From positions 5,443-69,442 of the forward strand of contig CANMBF010000001.1 of the NCBI GenBank assembly GCA_947496065.1: a stretch of 64,000 nt of DNA. Reading direction: 5' to 3'. The notes beneath the pieces were generated by a model, which was given only the letters and a program-made list of their open reading frames with translations, was not told where the DNA came from and searched no databases. Position 1 is the first letter of the stretch, and each line of letters opens with the position of its first letter. This DNA is from Bacteroidota bacterium (lineage in GTDB: Bacteria > Bacteroidota > Bacteroidia > NS11-12g > UBA955). The position numbers were made by a program, and so were the translations under genes. Below, in pieces: positions 24,038 through 34,510 of this stretch.

Positions 24038-25363
24038 GTGACTTTCGACCAACTTAATATAACTAGACCCCTTCTGAATGCATTGAATGATTTAGGTTTT
24101 GACCATCCTACACCTATTCAAGCGCAAATTTTTCCTGTGATTATGTCAGGCAAAGATGTAGTTGGAATTGCGCAAACAGGCACAGGTAAAACATTTGCCT
24201 ATTTATTGCCTTTGTTAAGACAATTAAAATATTCAGAACAACAACATCCTCGCATTCTAATCCTTGTTCCAACAAGGGAGCTTGTCATACAAGTGGCCGA
24301 AGAAATTAGCAAACTAACTACCTATATGAAAGTTAGGGTAACAGGAATCTATGGAGGTGTCAATATTAATACCCAAAAAACTGCAGTGTTTAAAGGATTA
24401 GACCTATTGGTTGCAACACCAGGGCGTTTATTAGATCTAGCACTCAATGGTGTATTAAGATTTAAAACCATACAAACTTTAGTCATAGATGAAATGGATG
24501 AAATGTTAACACTTGGATTTCGTTCTCAACTGACGAGAATAATGGATTTATTGCCCATTAAAAGACAAAACTTACTATTCTCTGCTACTAATTCACCAGA
24601 TATTGAAACCCTTATAGCCACCTTCTTTAATAACCCAGTAAAAGTTGAAATTGCTACCTCTGGTACGCCTCTATTACAAATTATTCAAAAAGGCTATAAA
24701 GTTCCCAATTTTCACACAAAAATTAATTTTTTAGAATATTTACTAAAAGACAAATCTGCCTTCAATAAGGTGCTAGTATTTGTTAGTACTAAGAAAATTG
24801 CTGATCAGGTTTATGATTTAATAAAGACTAAATTTATAGGTGAGATTGATGTCATGCATGCGAATAAATCTCAAAACTACCGACTGAATGCTATCAAATT
24901 TTTTGATGAAGGTGAATTTAGAGTTTTGATCGCAACAGATATCATTGCGCGTGGTTTAGATATAAAAGATATTAGCCATGTAATAAACTTTGATATACCT
25001 CAAGAACCTGAAGATTATATGCATCGTATTGGCAGAACAGGTAGAGCTCAAAAAGCTGGTGATTCAATTACTTTTATTATGGAATCTGACCAACACTACC
25101 AATACGCTATCGAAAACCTAATGGCTACCAAAATTCCAATGGAAGAAATGCCAAAAGAAGTTGTAATATCTAAGCTTTTATTAGAAGAAGAATTACCACA
25201 AAAGCCTGAAAAGGATTACTTAAAAGACGTTAGAAAGAAGGTAGTGAAGAGTACTGCATTTCAACAAAAAAGTGCAAAAAACAGCAAGATCAATCTTGGG
25301 GGATCTTATAAACGAATAATTAAAGCAAAATACAAGAAACCTAAAAGTAAAGGCAATAATTAA
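24038..25363 (+). CDS. DEAD-box ATP-dependent RNA helicase (RhlE-like)
   Basis: 441 aa with a GTG start. It has the Q-motif PTPIQ, AQTGTGKT, PTRELV, DEMDEM (a DEAD variant), SAT, HRIGRTGRA, and a Lys-rich tail. Confidence 0.88.
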   Translation: MTFDQLNITRPLLNALNDLGFDHPTPIQAQIFPVIMSGKDVVGIAQTGTGKTFAYLLPLLRQLKYSEQQHPRILILVPTRELVIQVAEEISKLTTYMKVRVTGIYGGVNINTQKTAVFKGLDLLVATPGRLLDLALNGVLRFKTIQTLVIDEMDEMLTLGFRSQLTRIMDLLPIKRQNLLFSATNSPDIETLIATFFNNPVKVEIATSGTPLLQIIQKGYKVPNFHTKINFLEYLLKDKSAFNKVLVFVSTKKIADQVYDLIKTKFIGEIDVMHANKSQNYRLNAIKFFDEGEFRVLIATDIIARGLDIKDISHVINFDIPQEPEDYMHRIGRTGRAQKAGDSITFIMESDQHYQYAIENLMATKIPMEEMPKEVVISKLLLEEELPQKPEKDYLKDVRKKVVKSTAFQQKSAKNSKINLGGSYKRIIKAKYKKPKSKGNN

Positions 25364-26167
25364 TTACTGCAGATACTTAGACATCTCTTCTTGCAGTAAT
25401 TTAGCCTCTTCGGCTGCTTTATCGGCATAGTCTTCGCCATTTGATGCATAAAGTATGCTTCTGCTAGCATTAATTAAAAGACCTCCTTCAGAGGTGACAG
25501 CATTGCTGCATACATCTGCCACACTGCCGCCTTGCGCACCTACGCCTGGCACTAATAAAAAATGATTTGGTATAATACTGCGCAGGCTTTTTAAATCACT
25601 GGCTTTAGTTGCGCCTGTTACGAACATTAAATTATCTAGAGTACCCCATTTACTTACTGTTTCTATTACTTGTTCGTATAAATGTTTACCATTCACCTTC
25701 AAAATTTGAAAGTCCTTACTTCCAGCATTGCTTGTTAAACCTAAACAAATCACCCATTTGCCATTGAATTCGAAAAAAGGTTTTAATGAATCTTCGCCCA
25801 TATACGGCGCCACAGTAATGGCATCAAAATTCATATTTTCGAAAAATGCCCGTGCATACATACTACTTGTGTTGCCAATATCACCGCGTTTTGCATCGGC
25901 TATCGTTAAACAATCTGGAGGAATACTGTTAAGTGTCGCTTCCATACATTGCCAACCTTTGGCGCCATACTGTTCGTAGAATGCTGTGTTTATTTTATAA
26001 CAAACGGTATAGCGTTTAGTAGCATTTATAATAGCTCTATTAAATTTTAACATCCCATCTATAGTGCGTTCAATGCCCTTGGGAAGCTTATCCATATCTG
26101 TATCTAATCCAACACACAACATACTTTTCTTAATTTGTATTTGCGCTATTAATTCTAATCTTGTCAT
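25364..26167 (-). CDS. pyrF: Orotidine 5'-phosphate decarboxylase (type 2)
   Basis: I chose the start at ATG 26167 (MTRLELIAQI...). It has LCVGLD, ADAKRGDIGNTS, and VPGVGAQGG. The longer track ORF would add an implausible 59-aa leader that overlaps the divergent gene. Confidence 0.85.
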   Translation of the reverse strand: MTRLELIAQIQIKKSMLCVGLDTDMDKLPKGIERTIDGMLKFNRAIINATKRYTVCYKINTAFYEQYGAKGWQCMEATLNSIPPDCLTIADAKRGDIGNTSSMYARAFFENMNFDAITVAPYMGEDSLKPFFEFNGKWVICLGLTSNAGSKDFQILKVNGKHLYEQVIETVSKWGTLDNLMFVTGATKASDLKSLRSIIPNHFLLVPGVGAQGGSVADVCSNAVTSEGGLLINASRSILYASNGEDYADKAAEEAKLLQEEMSKYLQ

Positions 26168-26234
26168 AAATATATCTGCAAAAATGCAATAAAAATTAAT
26201 GATACTTAAAAAAATGATTAATTTCGAGACCTTT

Positions 26235-27911
26235 ATGAAGCAAGTATTTTTATTCATTTGTTTTTTGGCAATTGCATTGATATCAAATGCACAAGGAAAT
26301 AGCGCAGATAAAGGAACTTTTACCGGAAATTTCCAGAGTAGCACTCAACTTTATGATAGAGACAATAAAATTGGGGCAAATACCGAAGTTTACAATAAAT
26401 ACAAAAGCAGTGTCGATGCATGGTTAATGCTCAATTATGGCATTAAGGGTTATAATTTTTCGTTGCGTTATGATATGTACAACAACTCACCTTTGCTTAA
26501 TCCCCAAGGCGTTTATAATAAACAAGGTGTTGGTTTTTGGCAAGCTTCAAAGGATATTGGCGGTTTAAATATTACTGCTGGCTATTTCTATGACCAATTT
26601 GCGAGTGGTATTATTTTCCGTGCATATGAGGATCGTTTGATTGGTATCGATTTTGCCGTTCAAGGCTTAAGAGTAAAATACAACTACAAAAATCTTGCAA
26701 TTAAAGCCTTTGCAGGGCAACAAAAGGGCAATATTTTTAGCGGTGATAGATTCTCAGTTTCACCCGAGGCGATTAAAGGGGCCAATGCACAATATAATTT
26801 CAAAATAAAACAAAAGATTGCTGTAGAAATCGGTTCCTCTATGGTCAATAGAGCACTTGATCAAACAACCATGAATGCAGTTGTTGCAGCTATTAATTCA
26901 CAACCTTTGTCCACCCGATTTATCCCTAAATACAATTCCTATTCAGCCAATGGATATGGAAGTTTAGGTTTTAAAGATTTGCGATTATCTGGTGAATATG
27001 TTTATAAAACCAAAGAAGCTATAAAAAATCAGAATGGTGATTTATTAATCAATAAGTCTGGAACTGTTTTATTCACCTCATTGGGCTATTCGAAGGCTAA
27101 TTTAGGAAAGAAAAAACAATTTTCATTTGGTGCAAATTTGCAGTATAAACGAATAGAAAATTATAGCTTTCGTACTTCACCATTCGAAATATTGAACAAT
27201 GGTAGTATCTCCTATTTACCATCCATTACCAAACAAAATACCTATCGTCTACTAGCGAGATACAATGCAGTAACACAAGTATTAGGCGAGGAGGCCTATC
27301 AAGCTGATTGGTTATTTACGCCAAAAAGGGGGACTACCTTTGCTTTTAATGTTTCGCAAGTAAAAAGCCTAGCAGCAAATGGTGATGGGAAAGGCAATGC
27401 AAAAAAATTATTTCATGAGTTATATGGGGAGGTTCAACACAAATTCACTAAAAAGTTTAAGGCAAAAGTAGGTTTACAATCCATTTTTTATGACCAACAA
27501 CGCTACGAGCAGAAGGATAGCACATATCCAACCGTAAAAAGCCTGACTCCTTTTATGGAATTAACTTATAAAATTACCAAAAAAACTTCATTAAGAGTTG
27601 AGAGTCAGTATTTGGAAACTGGTCAAGATTTAGGCAGTTTTGTCAATGGAATTATTGAATTAAACCATGCACCTCATTGGAGTGTAAGTGTTGGTGATAT
27701 GGTGAATGTAAAACCTCATCGTTCTCCTTCAAGCACAATTCCTTCGGAAATTATACACTATTACAGTGGTTTCCTTGGTTATACCGATGGGCCCACAGTG
27801 CTAACCCTTGCTTATATCAAACAAGTGCAAGGGGTTAACTGTACTGGTGGTATTTGTAGGGTAGAGCCTGCCTTTAGTGGGGTTAGATTAACATTAAGTA
27901 GTAGTTTTTAA
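26235..27911 (+). CDS. Putative outer-membrane beta-barrel protein (DUF6029-like)
   Basis: Start at MKQVFLFICFLAIALISNAQ (signal peptide). About 558 aa rich in Y/G/N beta-strand repeats, ending ...RLTLSSSF (terminal Phe, an OMP beta-signal). Confidence 0.6.
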   Translation: MKQVFLFICFLAIALISNAQGNSADKGTFTGNFQSSTQLYDRDNKIGANTEVYNKYKSSVDAWLMLNYGIKGYNFSLRYDMYNNSPLLNPQGVYNKQGVGFWQASKDIGGLNITAGYFYDQFASGIIFRAYEDRLIGIDFAVQGLRVKYNYKNLAIKAFAGQQKGNIFSGDRFSVSPEAIKGANAQYNFKIKQKIAVEIGSSMVNRALDQTTMNAVVAAINSQPLSTRFIPKYNSYSANGYGSLGFKDLRLSGEYVYKTKEAIKNQNGDLLINKSGTVLFTSLGYSKANLGKKKQFSFGANLQYKRIENYSFRTSPFEILNNGSISYLPSITKQNTYRLLARYNAVTQVLGEEAYQADWLFTPKRGTTFAFNVSQVKSLAANGDGKGNAKKLFHELYGEVQHKFTKKFKAKVGLQSIFYDQQRYEQKDSTYPTVKSLTPFMELTYKITKKTSLRVESQYLETGQDLGSFVNGIIELNHAPHWSVSVGDMVNVKPHRSPSSTIPSEIIHYYSGFLGYTDGPTVLTLAYIKQVQGVNCTGGICRVEPAFSGVRLTLSSSF

Positions 27912-27933
27912 GAATTATTTTAAAGTTTAAATA

Positions 27934-27958
27934 GTTTAATTACTGTAGGTAATTAAAC
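27934..27958 (+). terminator. AT-rich hairpin after the OMP gene (weak terminator candidate)
   Basis: GTTTAATTAC-tgtag-GTAATTAAAC, a perfect 10-bp stem with no clear T-tract. Confidence 0.3.
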
Positions 27959-28057
27959 ACCAATTAAATAGTGCCTATTTAGTTGTCTTTAGAGGTGTTC
28001 ACAAATTATGAATTACAAATATTTCAGAGGTATTGTAATCTATTTTGATTAAAATTG

Positions 28058-28065
28058 TAACTTTG
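28058..28065 (+). promoter_or_regulatory. -7 promoter box TAACTTTG upstream of the enoyl-CoA hydratase gene
   Basis: Exact TAnnTTTG, 11 nt before ATG 28077. Confidence 0.5.
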
Positions 28066-28076
28066 AATAACCCATC

Positions 28077-28859
28077 ATGAACTACAATTGCATACTTTAT
28101 ACAAAAGAAGGAAATACATTAACCATAACTTTAAATCGTCCTGATGTTTTTAATGCATTTAATGATGAGCAAAGTTATGAATTACAAGATGCTTTGAAGG
28201 TTGCAAAAAAGGATGAGGAGGTTAGAGTAGTCGTTCTTACAGGTGCTGGCAAGGCCTTTTGCAGTGGTCAAGATTTAAAAGCCATTGCAGGTGCTGAAAA
28301 GCGTTCATTTATCGATTCGCTTCATAAGCGCTATAATCCCATAATTCGCGAAATGCGAAACATGCCAAAACCTATTATTTGCAAGTTAAATGGAGTTGCT
28401 GCTGGTGCAGGTTGCAGTTTAGCTTTGGCATCAGATTTTATCATTGCTTCAGAAAATGCAAGTCTTATTGAAGTTTTCATTCATGTGGGTTTAGTTTTAG
28501 ATAGTGGTTCTTCGTTCTTTCTGCCGCGTTTAGTTGGCAGTGCACGTGCATTTGAATTGAGTACAATGGGAAGTAAGGTGAGCGCAACACAGGCACTCGA
28601 ATGGGGCATGATTAACCGTTGTGTAAGTGCAGATAAATTAGATGATGAGACAAAAATAATCACTGATTATTATGCTAATGCACCAACAAAAGCGATTGGT
28701 TTAATGAAAAAAATGCTTAACAAATCATTCAATAGCAATCTTGAAACAATGTTAGAGTATGAGGCCTATTGCCAAGAAACAGCAGGCAGTAGTGCCGATA
28801 ATAAAGAAGGTGTTGCCGCTTTCAACGAAAAAAGAAAACCACAATTTAAAGGACAATAA
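28077..28859 (+). CDS. Enoyl-CoA hydratase/isomerase family protein (crotonase fold, PaaG-like)
   Basis: 260 aa. It has LNRPD..NAF, GAGKAFCSGQDL, G.AAGAG..LALA.D, and EG..AF.EKR.P.F. Confidence 0.8.
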   Translation: MNYNCILYTKEGNTLTITLNRPDVFNAFNDEQSYELQDALKVAKKDEEVRVVVLTGAGKAFCSGQDLKAIAGAEKRSFIDSLHKRYNPIIREMRNMPKPIICKLNGVAAGAGCSLALASDFIIASENASLIEVFIHVGLVLDSGSSFFLPRLVGSARAFELSTMGSKVSATQALEWGMINRCVSADKLDDETKIITDYYANAPTKAIGLMKKMLNKSFNSNLETMLEYEAYCQETAGSSADNKEGVAAFNEKRKPQFKGQ

Positions 28860-28866
28860 AGTAGCA

Positions 28867-30249
28867 ATGATGCATTCTCAATTTTTTAAAATCCTCTTTC
28901 TAAATATTGCCATTTTTATAGTTGGTTCTAATAATCTTTTGGCTCAAAACACCCCGGTAGAAATTTGTGGTTATCAACATGAGTTAGAAAAGATCATTCA
29001 AAAACAACCTAATTATTTAGCCTTACAAAATGAATGGTATAGAAGAGCCAACGAGGCATATCTTGAAACACAAAGCACAAAAAGAAAAATCACTGCAGAC
29101 ACCCTTGTCTATGAAATTCCAGTTGTATTTCACGTTATTTACAATACAAATTCTCAAAATATTTCAGATGCCTTAATTCTAAGTCAGTTAAATGAATTAA
29201 ACCTCGATTATAGAAAATTAAATCCAGATACGTCTAGAATTAGACCCGTTTTTAAGTCATTAGCAGCTGATATTAAAATTCGGTTTATACTTGCCAATAA
29301 GGATCCAAATGGCAATCCAGCCAATGGTATTAATAGAATCAATTCAAGTAGAAGTACTTTTGCTACCAATATCTATGGAAGCTATAGCGAGGATATGAAG
29401 AGTACTAGCAATGGAGGACAAACCGCATGGAATCCATCCAGGTATTTAAATATTTGGGTTTGCAACATGGAATATCCAAGTTATATTGGAATAACCTATG
29501 GTTTTGCAACACCACCTACCGGCTCACCTAATTGGGCGCAATTTCAAAGTTCGACAAAAGATAGTACCGACCCTAAAAGTGGTGTTGTGTTGCATTATAA
29601 AATAGTTGGTAAAAACAATCCTTTGGCACCAACTAATTATAAAGAAGCAAATACTGCTACGCACGAAGTTGGACATTACCTTGGCCTAAGACATATTTGG
29701 GGTGATGCAGCCAATCCATTTACACAGGGATGCAATGTTGATGATGGTATATTTGATACCCCAAATGCCAAAGACAAAAATTATACATGCAATGCCAATA
29801 TAAACTCTTGTCCAGATGCTGTGGATGACAAACCAGATATGACAGAGAATTATATGGATTATGCCTTAGATGGATGTGCCGCCATGTTTACACGAGAACA
29901 GGCCTTTATGATGCGTTATGTGCTGAATAATTTTAGAACAGGCCTACCAATTCGCACCATTGTCTACGATACTACAACTGAATACAAAGAGACGGTTGTA
30001 AGCATATATCCTAATCCTACAAAAGCTAACGATTATTTAACAGTTGTTGTCAATTCTAACAACACTTTAGGAAGTTTTAGCGTAACACTATTTGATAACA
30101 ACGGAAAGGAAGTTTTACAAAAACGTATTCAAGCCAATCAAAAAACCGAAGTCTTTACCGCATCTTATTCCGTTGGTGTTTACTATCTTTTAGTAAAAGA
30201 TAGCAATGGCAATATTATTAAAAAGGAAAAATTGATCCTTAATTTATAA
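28867..30249 (+). CDS. Secreted M43 (pappalysin/cytophagalysin-type) zinc metalloprotease with T9SS C-terminal domain
   Basis: Start at ATG 28867 (MMHSQFFKILFLNIAIFIV... signal peptide). The zinc site is HEVGHYLGLRHIW. The CTD is VSIYPNPT...GVYYLLVKD....IKKEKLILNL. Confidence 0.8.
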   Translation: MMHSQFFKILFLNIAIFIVGSNNLLAQNTPVEICGYQHELEKIIQKQPNYLALQNEWYRRANEAYLETQSTKRKITADTLVYEIPVVFHVIYNTNSQNISDALILSQLNELNLDYRKLNPDTSRIRPVFKSLAADIKIRFILANKDPNGNPANGINRINSSRSTFATNIYGSYSEDMKSTSNGGQTAWNPSRYLNIWVCNMEYPSYIGITYGFATPPTGSPNWAQFQSSTKDSTDPKSGVVLHYKIVGKNNPLAPTNYKEANTATHEVGHYLGLRHIWGDAANPFTQGCNVDDGIFDTPNAKDKNYTCNANINSCPDAVDDKPDMTENYMDYALDGCAAMFTREQAFMMRYVLNNFRTGLPIRTIVYDTTTEYKETVVSIYPNPTKANDYLTVVVNSNNTLGSFSVTLFDNNGKEVLQKRIQANQKTEVFTASYSVGVYYLLVKDSNGNIIKKEKLILNL

Positions 30250-30250
30250 A

Positions 30251-30688
30251 TTAAGCCATCAATCGATTCCAAGGAATACCTGCCAAAATTAAAACCAAAG
30301 CAATGCCGAAATAAATTAGGCTTGTGCGTTTTAGCTTATCGAGTTCCATTACCTTTTTTACTTTAGAATAACCAATGTGGACTAAAACCAATGCTATTAG
30401 CATTAATACCACATGTTCAACAGCAATTTTTCTCAATTCTGCATTTTTCATAACTGCACCGACCCCATTATTAAATGCTGAAATACCATAACCGCTATAC
30501 TTAAAGTATAATACTGAACCAAGGAGTAATTGAATATCACACATAATCATTAGGAATAAGGCTGGTAATTTGTCCTTTTTAGAAACTGTTGTATTGTTAT
30601 TTAAAATTGGTAATACCATGGCCAGAATTCCTGCTAGTAAAACTAACCATCTGATGTATGAATGGGTGCTCTGTAAAAATTGTTGCAT
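30251..30688 (-). CDS. Hypothetical small integral membrane protein (about 4 TM)
   Basis: 145 aa with four hydrophobic segments. I recognise no family. Confidence 0.5.
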   Translation of the reverse strand: MQQFLQSTHSYIRWLVLLAGILAMVLPILNNNTTVSKKDKLPALFLMIMCDIQLLLGSVLYFKYSGYGISAFNNGVGAVMKNAELRKIAVEHVVLMLIALVLVHIGYSKVKKVMELDKLKRTSLIYFGIALVLILAGIPWNRLMA

Positions 30689-30794
30689 AATAAAAATTAA
30701 TGGTAGCGAAAATAGTAAATAAGTTGAATAACCTTGTATTAAATGACATTAAATTTATATTCTACAAAAGGTCAAAATAAATTTAAACCATTTG

Positions 30795-32546
30795 TTATGA
30801 GCACAGGTCTATTATAGCCTTTTCAATTGCTCCCATCGCTAATCCCTCCATTTCAAAAAGCTCAGACATTGAACCATGGGTTGTAAAATGATCGTTTATG
30901 CCAATTGATTTAAGCTGTCCATTGTAGCCCATTTCACTAGCAAACAGGGCTATAGTGCTTGCTAATCCTCCTAGCTTCTGACCTTCTTCTACCACTAATA
31001 CCTTCGTGAAATTGGAAAATATTTGAGTGAGTATTTCAGTATTCAATGGCTTTACAAATTTAAAATCATAATGCGCAACACTGTATCTATCATTTAACGA
31101 TGCAATGGCTGCCTCACACTCAGCCACAATAGTACCATTACTAATTATGCACATTTGACGTCCTTCTCTTAAGCATTCTGTTTCACCAATTGCCATGGGT
31201 TTACTATTGGGGCTTACAGTATTATTCTGTGCAAGTCCCCTCGGGTACCTTATAGCCACAGGTGATTCTAGATGCAATACCGCCATATCCATTGCCTTTA
31301 TTAATTCAGTTTCATTTCGAGGTGAAACAATAACCAAGTTAGGAATCGTCTGTAAAAAAGAAATATCGAATACACCATGGTGAGTCGGGCCATCTTCTCC
31401 TACTAGGCCTGCTCTATCAATTGCAAATATGACTGGTAAATTTTGAAGGGCTACATCGTGTATTAATTGATCATACCCGCGTTGTAAAAAGGTTGAATAA
31501 ATGCAACAGAACGGTCTTAGGCCAGCTGCAGCCAAACCAGCTGCAAAAGTGACTGCGTGCTGCTCGGCAATGCCAACATCAAACACCCTCTCTGGAAATT
31601 TTTGCTGCATAAAATGTAAAGAACTACCCGAAATCATTGCAGGTGTAATGGCAACAATTGACTCGTTGTTTTTAGCTAATTCCAGAAGATAATTTCCAAA
31701 AATATCTTGGTATTTTGGGCGGTTTGATTTGATGGCTAAACTTTTTCCAGATAATTTATCGAACTGCGACGTACTATGCCATTTTGTTTGTTCTTCCTCT
31801 GCTGCTTTGTAACCCTTGCCCTTGACTGTTTTTATATGTATAACCTTCGGACCTTTCACCCATTTTGTTTCATTGAAAACTGTCAATAATTCCGCAATAT
31901 TATGCCCATCAATAGGACCATAATATTGAAAACCAAAGTCGGTAAAAAGATTCACTTGCTTATATTCTAATTGCTCTAAATATTCACCAAGTGCGCCTTG
32001 GCTTGGGTCAATTCCAATATGGTTATCATTTATGATGACTGTAATATTTGTATTAGAAACTCCCGCATTATTAAGCCCTTCGAAAGCTTGTCCTGCACTT
32101 AATGCGCCGTCTCCAATAATTGCAATATTTTGTCTGTCTAAGCGTTGGATATTGGCTGCAACAGCGTAACCTAAAATGGCAGATATAGCAGTTGATGAAT
32201 GACCTGTGCCAAAAGCGTCGTGTTCGCTTTCACTCATTTTAGGAAAACCACTTATACCATTGAGTTGTCTAATATTATTAAAGACCTTCTTTCTGCCAGT
32301 CAAGATTTTATGTGCATAGGCCTGATGGCCAACATCCCATACCATTTTATCAGTAGGAGAATTAAAAACATAGTGAAGTGCAATACTAAGCTCAACTGTT
32401 CCTAAATTAGCCGCAAAATGTCCGCCCTGTTCGGCAATCTTTTCAATCAAAAAATGTCTGAGATAATTTGCATAATCTGACAACTCAACAGGGGTAAGTT
32501 GCTTTAATAATTCAGGTGAATCTATTGCTTCGAAAGTCTTAAACAC
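30795..32546 (-). CDS. dxs: 1-deoxy-D-xylulose-5-phosphate synthase
   Basis: 583 aa with a GTG start. It has GGHFAANLGTVEL..ALHYVF, WDVGHQAY.HK, GHSSTAISA, the thiamine-PP motif GDGALSAGQAFEGLNNAG, and IAEQHAVTFAAGLA. Confidence 0.9.
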   Translation of the reverse strand: MFKTFEAIDSPELLKQLTPVELSDYANYLRHFLIEKIAEQGGHFAANLGTVELSIALHYVFNSPTDKMVWDVGHQAYAHKILTGRKKVFNNIRQLNGISGFPKMSESEHDAFGTGHSSTAISAILGYAVAANIQRLDRQNIAIIGDGALSAGQAFEGLNNAGVSNTNITVIINDNHIGIDPSQGALGEYLEQLEYKQVNLFTDFGFQYYGPIDGHNIAELLTVFNETKWVKGPKVIHIKTVKGKGYKAAEEEQTKWHSTSQFDKLSGKSLAIKSNRPKYQDIFGNYLLELAKNNESIVAITPAMISGSSLHFMQQKFPERVFDVGIAEQHAVTFAAGLAAAGLRPFCCIYSTFLQRGYDQLIHDVALQNLPVIFAIDRAGLVGEDGPTHHGVFDISFLQTIPNLVIVSPRNETELIKAMDMAVLHLESPVAIRYPRGLAQNNTVSPNSKPMAIGETECLREGRQMCIISNGTIVAECEAAIASLNDRYSVAHYDFKFVKPLNTEILTQIFSNFTKVLVVEEGQKLGGLASTIALFASEMGYNGQLKSIGINDHFTTHGSMSELFEMEGLAMGAIEKAIIDLCS

Positions 32547-32550
32547 TTTG

Positions 32551-32558
32551 CAAAGTTA
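32551..32558 (-). promoter_or_regulatory. -7 promoter box TAACTTTG, 4 nt upstream of the dxs GTG
   Basis: The minus strand reads TAACTTTG-caaa-GTG. Confidence 0.5.
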
Positions 32559-32671
32559 AAAGATTTTAAGCAAAGCAATCTTTATAATCTTATAGCTATC
32601 ATCAATAGAATAAAGTTAAACCAACCCTCGGCACTAATAAAGAGAGGAAATTAAGCATAAAAAGAAGGGTG

Positions 32672-32709
32672 ATTGATTTTTCATCTTTAAAAGATGAAGC
32701 AAAATCAAT
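32672..32709. terminator. Extended imperfect hairpin between the GNAT gene stop and the dxs promoter
   Basis: ATTGATTTT-TCATCTTT-a-AAAGATGA-agc-AAAATCAAT, 17 paired positions with a 3-nt bulge. It has no classical T-tract, so it may be a terminator or a regulatory palindrome. Confidence 0.35.
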
Positions 32710-32732
32710 TAAAATAAAAAACTACAGACAAC

Positions 32733-33176
32733 CTAAATTAGTTTTTTTTGCATCTTAATATGTGGAATACCAACTTCCAAAAAGATTTCACCTGAAGTTA
32801 CATAATTCATTGATTTGTAAAATGAAACTGCGTTTAAACGGGCATGTAAAGTAATTTGCGATTGATCATTTTGCAAAGCCCATGTCTCAGAAAATTTCAC
32901 CAATTTTTTGCCAACTCCTTTGCCTTGCCAATTTTCGTCAATTGCTAGTTGGCGCATTTTAACTTTATGTGCTTCGTAATTTGTCAGAATTAATACCCCA
33001 ATAACTTGCGATGCAGCAAGAGCTGCAAAATGAAATTGTTCAAATTCTGCTGCTAAATCCTTCTCATCAAAATCAAGACCTAATGGCAGTCTCAATATTT
33101 TTAGTCTTAAGGCTATACTTTCTAATTGTTGGGGTGAGCCGAATTCAACCAATTGACACGAAATATTTGTTTCCAT
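32733..33176 (-). CDS. GNAT-family N-acetyltransferase
   Basis: 147 aa. The acetyl-CoA-binding motif is Q.AI.E.WQGKGVGKKLV. Confidence 0.75.
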   Translation of the reverse strand: METNISCQLVEFGSPQQLESIALRLKILRLPLGLDFDEKDLAAEFEQFHFAALAASQVIGVLILTNYEAHKVKMRQLAIDENWQGKGVGKKLVKFSETWALQNDQSQITLHARLNAVSFYKSMNYVTSGEIFLEVGIPHIKMQKKLI

Positions 33177-33241
33177 AATTTTGCTTTGTTAATCTCTTTT
33201 TTTTAAGGACTTTTGAAATCCTGAATCAAACTTCAAAATAA

Positions 33242-34441
33242 ATGAAAAATCTAATAGTTTTATTAAGCTTTCTAAGTATCCTAAAATTTGCTAATGCACA
33301 AGATACAATTAGAAACAAAAAGAATGGTCAATATTTTTTCAAAACCATTGCCAATTGCGAATCGACCGAAGTACAAGACCAAAGCAGGACCAGTACTTGT
33401 TGGAGTTTTTCAAGTTTGTCTTTCTTTGAAAGTGAGCTTCTTCGCATGAAAAAAGGCAAACACAATTTAAGTGAGATGTTTGTTGTTCGGAATGCTTATG
33501 TTGGCAAGGCTGAGACATACGTAAGAATGAACGGAATGCATAACTTTGGACCAGGTGGGGCATTTCACGACTTACCATGGGTTATTAAAAGATATGGCAT
33601 TGTGCCCGAGGAGGTCTATAAAGGATTAAATTATGGCTACAATAAACATAACCATGCAGAAATGGACGCTGTTCTAAAGGGCATTGTAGACGCTGTAAAG
33701 GCAAATCCACAAGGAAAACTTACAACCTCATGGAAAAGTGCTTTTGCAGGTGCTATTGACGCTTATTTAGGCCCTGTTCCAACAACATTTACATATCAAG
33801 GAAAAAACTATACACCTATGAGTTTTTCAAATTCATTGGGATTAAACATGGATGATTATGTTTCTTTGACTTCTTTCACACATCATCCTTATTACACCCA
33901 ATTTGCTATAGAGGTTCCAGACAATTGGGCGATGTTGCAAAGTTATAATGTGACTTTAGATGAATTGCAAAATGTTGCTGAGAAAGCGCTTATTGGCGGA
34001 TACACATGGGCTTGGGGAGCTGATGTCAGTGAAAAAGGATTTTCATTTAAAAATGGTGTAGCCATTGTGCCTGTTCATGATTCATTGATTACCCACACTG
34101 GAAAAGATAATAAGGCATTTAATGATGCAGGTGCTTTAAGAATTGGGAGTGCTTTTGATTCACCTAAAGCAGAAAAAATTATTACAGATAGTTTGCGTCA
34201 AGTAGCTTTTGATAATTATGAAACCACCGATGATCATGGCATGCACGCTACTGCATTAATGACAGATCAGTTCGGTAATAAATATTTTAAAATTAAAAAC
34301 AGCTGGGGAACTGCCAATGATTGTGCTGGTTACTTGTATTGCTCGATGAGTTATTTCAGATATAAAACATTGAATATTTATGTTCACAAAAGCGCATTGC
34401 CCAAAGACTTGGCTAAAAAACTTGGTATTACGCAGAATTAA
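33242..34441 (+). CDS. pepC: C1-family cysteine aminopeptidase (aminopeptidase C / bleomycin hydrolase-like), secreted
   Basis: 399 aa with a signal peptide ...KFANAQ. The catalytic Cys is in QSRTSTCWSFSS, the His in DDHGMHAT, and it ends with IKNSWG. Confidence 0.75.
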   Translation: MKNLIVLLSFLSILKFANAQDTIRNKKNGQYFFKTIANCESTEVQDQSRTSTCWSFSSLSFFESELLRMKKGKHNLSEMFVVRNAYVGKAETYVRMNGMHNFGPGGAFHDLPWVIKRYGIVPEEVYKGLNYGYNKHNHAEMDAVLKGIVDAVKANPQGKLTTSWKSAFAGAIDAYLGPVPTTFTYQGKNYTPMSFSNSLGLNMDDYVSLTSFTHHPYYTQFAIEVPDNWAMLQSYNVTLDELQNVAEKALIGGYTWAWGADVSEKGFSFKNGVAIVPVHDSLITHTGKDNKAFNDAGALRIGSAFDSPKAEKIITDSLRQVAFDNYETTDDHGMHATALMTDQFGNKYFKIKNSWGTANDCAGYLYCSMSYFRYKTLNIYVHKSALPKDLAKKLGITQN

Positions 34442-34510
34442 CTTCTACAAAAGAATGATTTTATAATTGAGTGGAAAAGCCGCGGCTAAACCTTACAAAA
34501 ATTAAGTTAT

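Noticed and set aside
26168-26344. N-terminal extensions in the ORF track: pyrF to 26344, the M43 protease from 28759, the M16 peptidase from 53275, pheS from 61849, neuA from 2546, the STAS protein from 19527, and the OMP from 26199
   Set aside because: The extensions overlap neighbouring genes or promoters and lack homology-like sequence. An internal ATG or GTG preceded by a -7 box, or followed by a proper signal peptide, gives the expected protein start.
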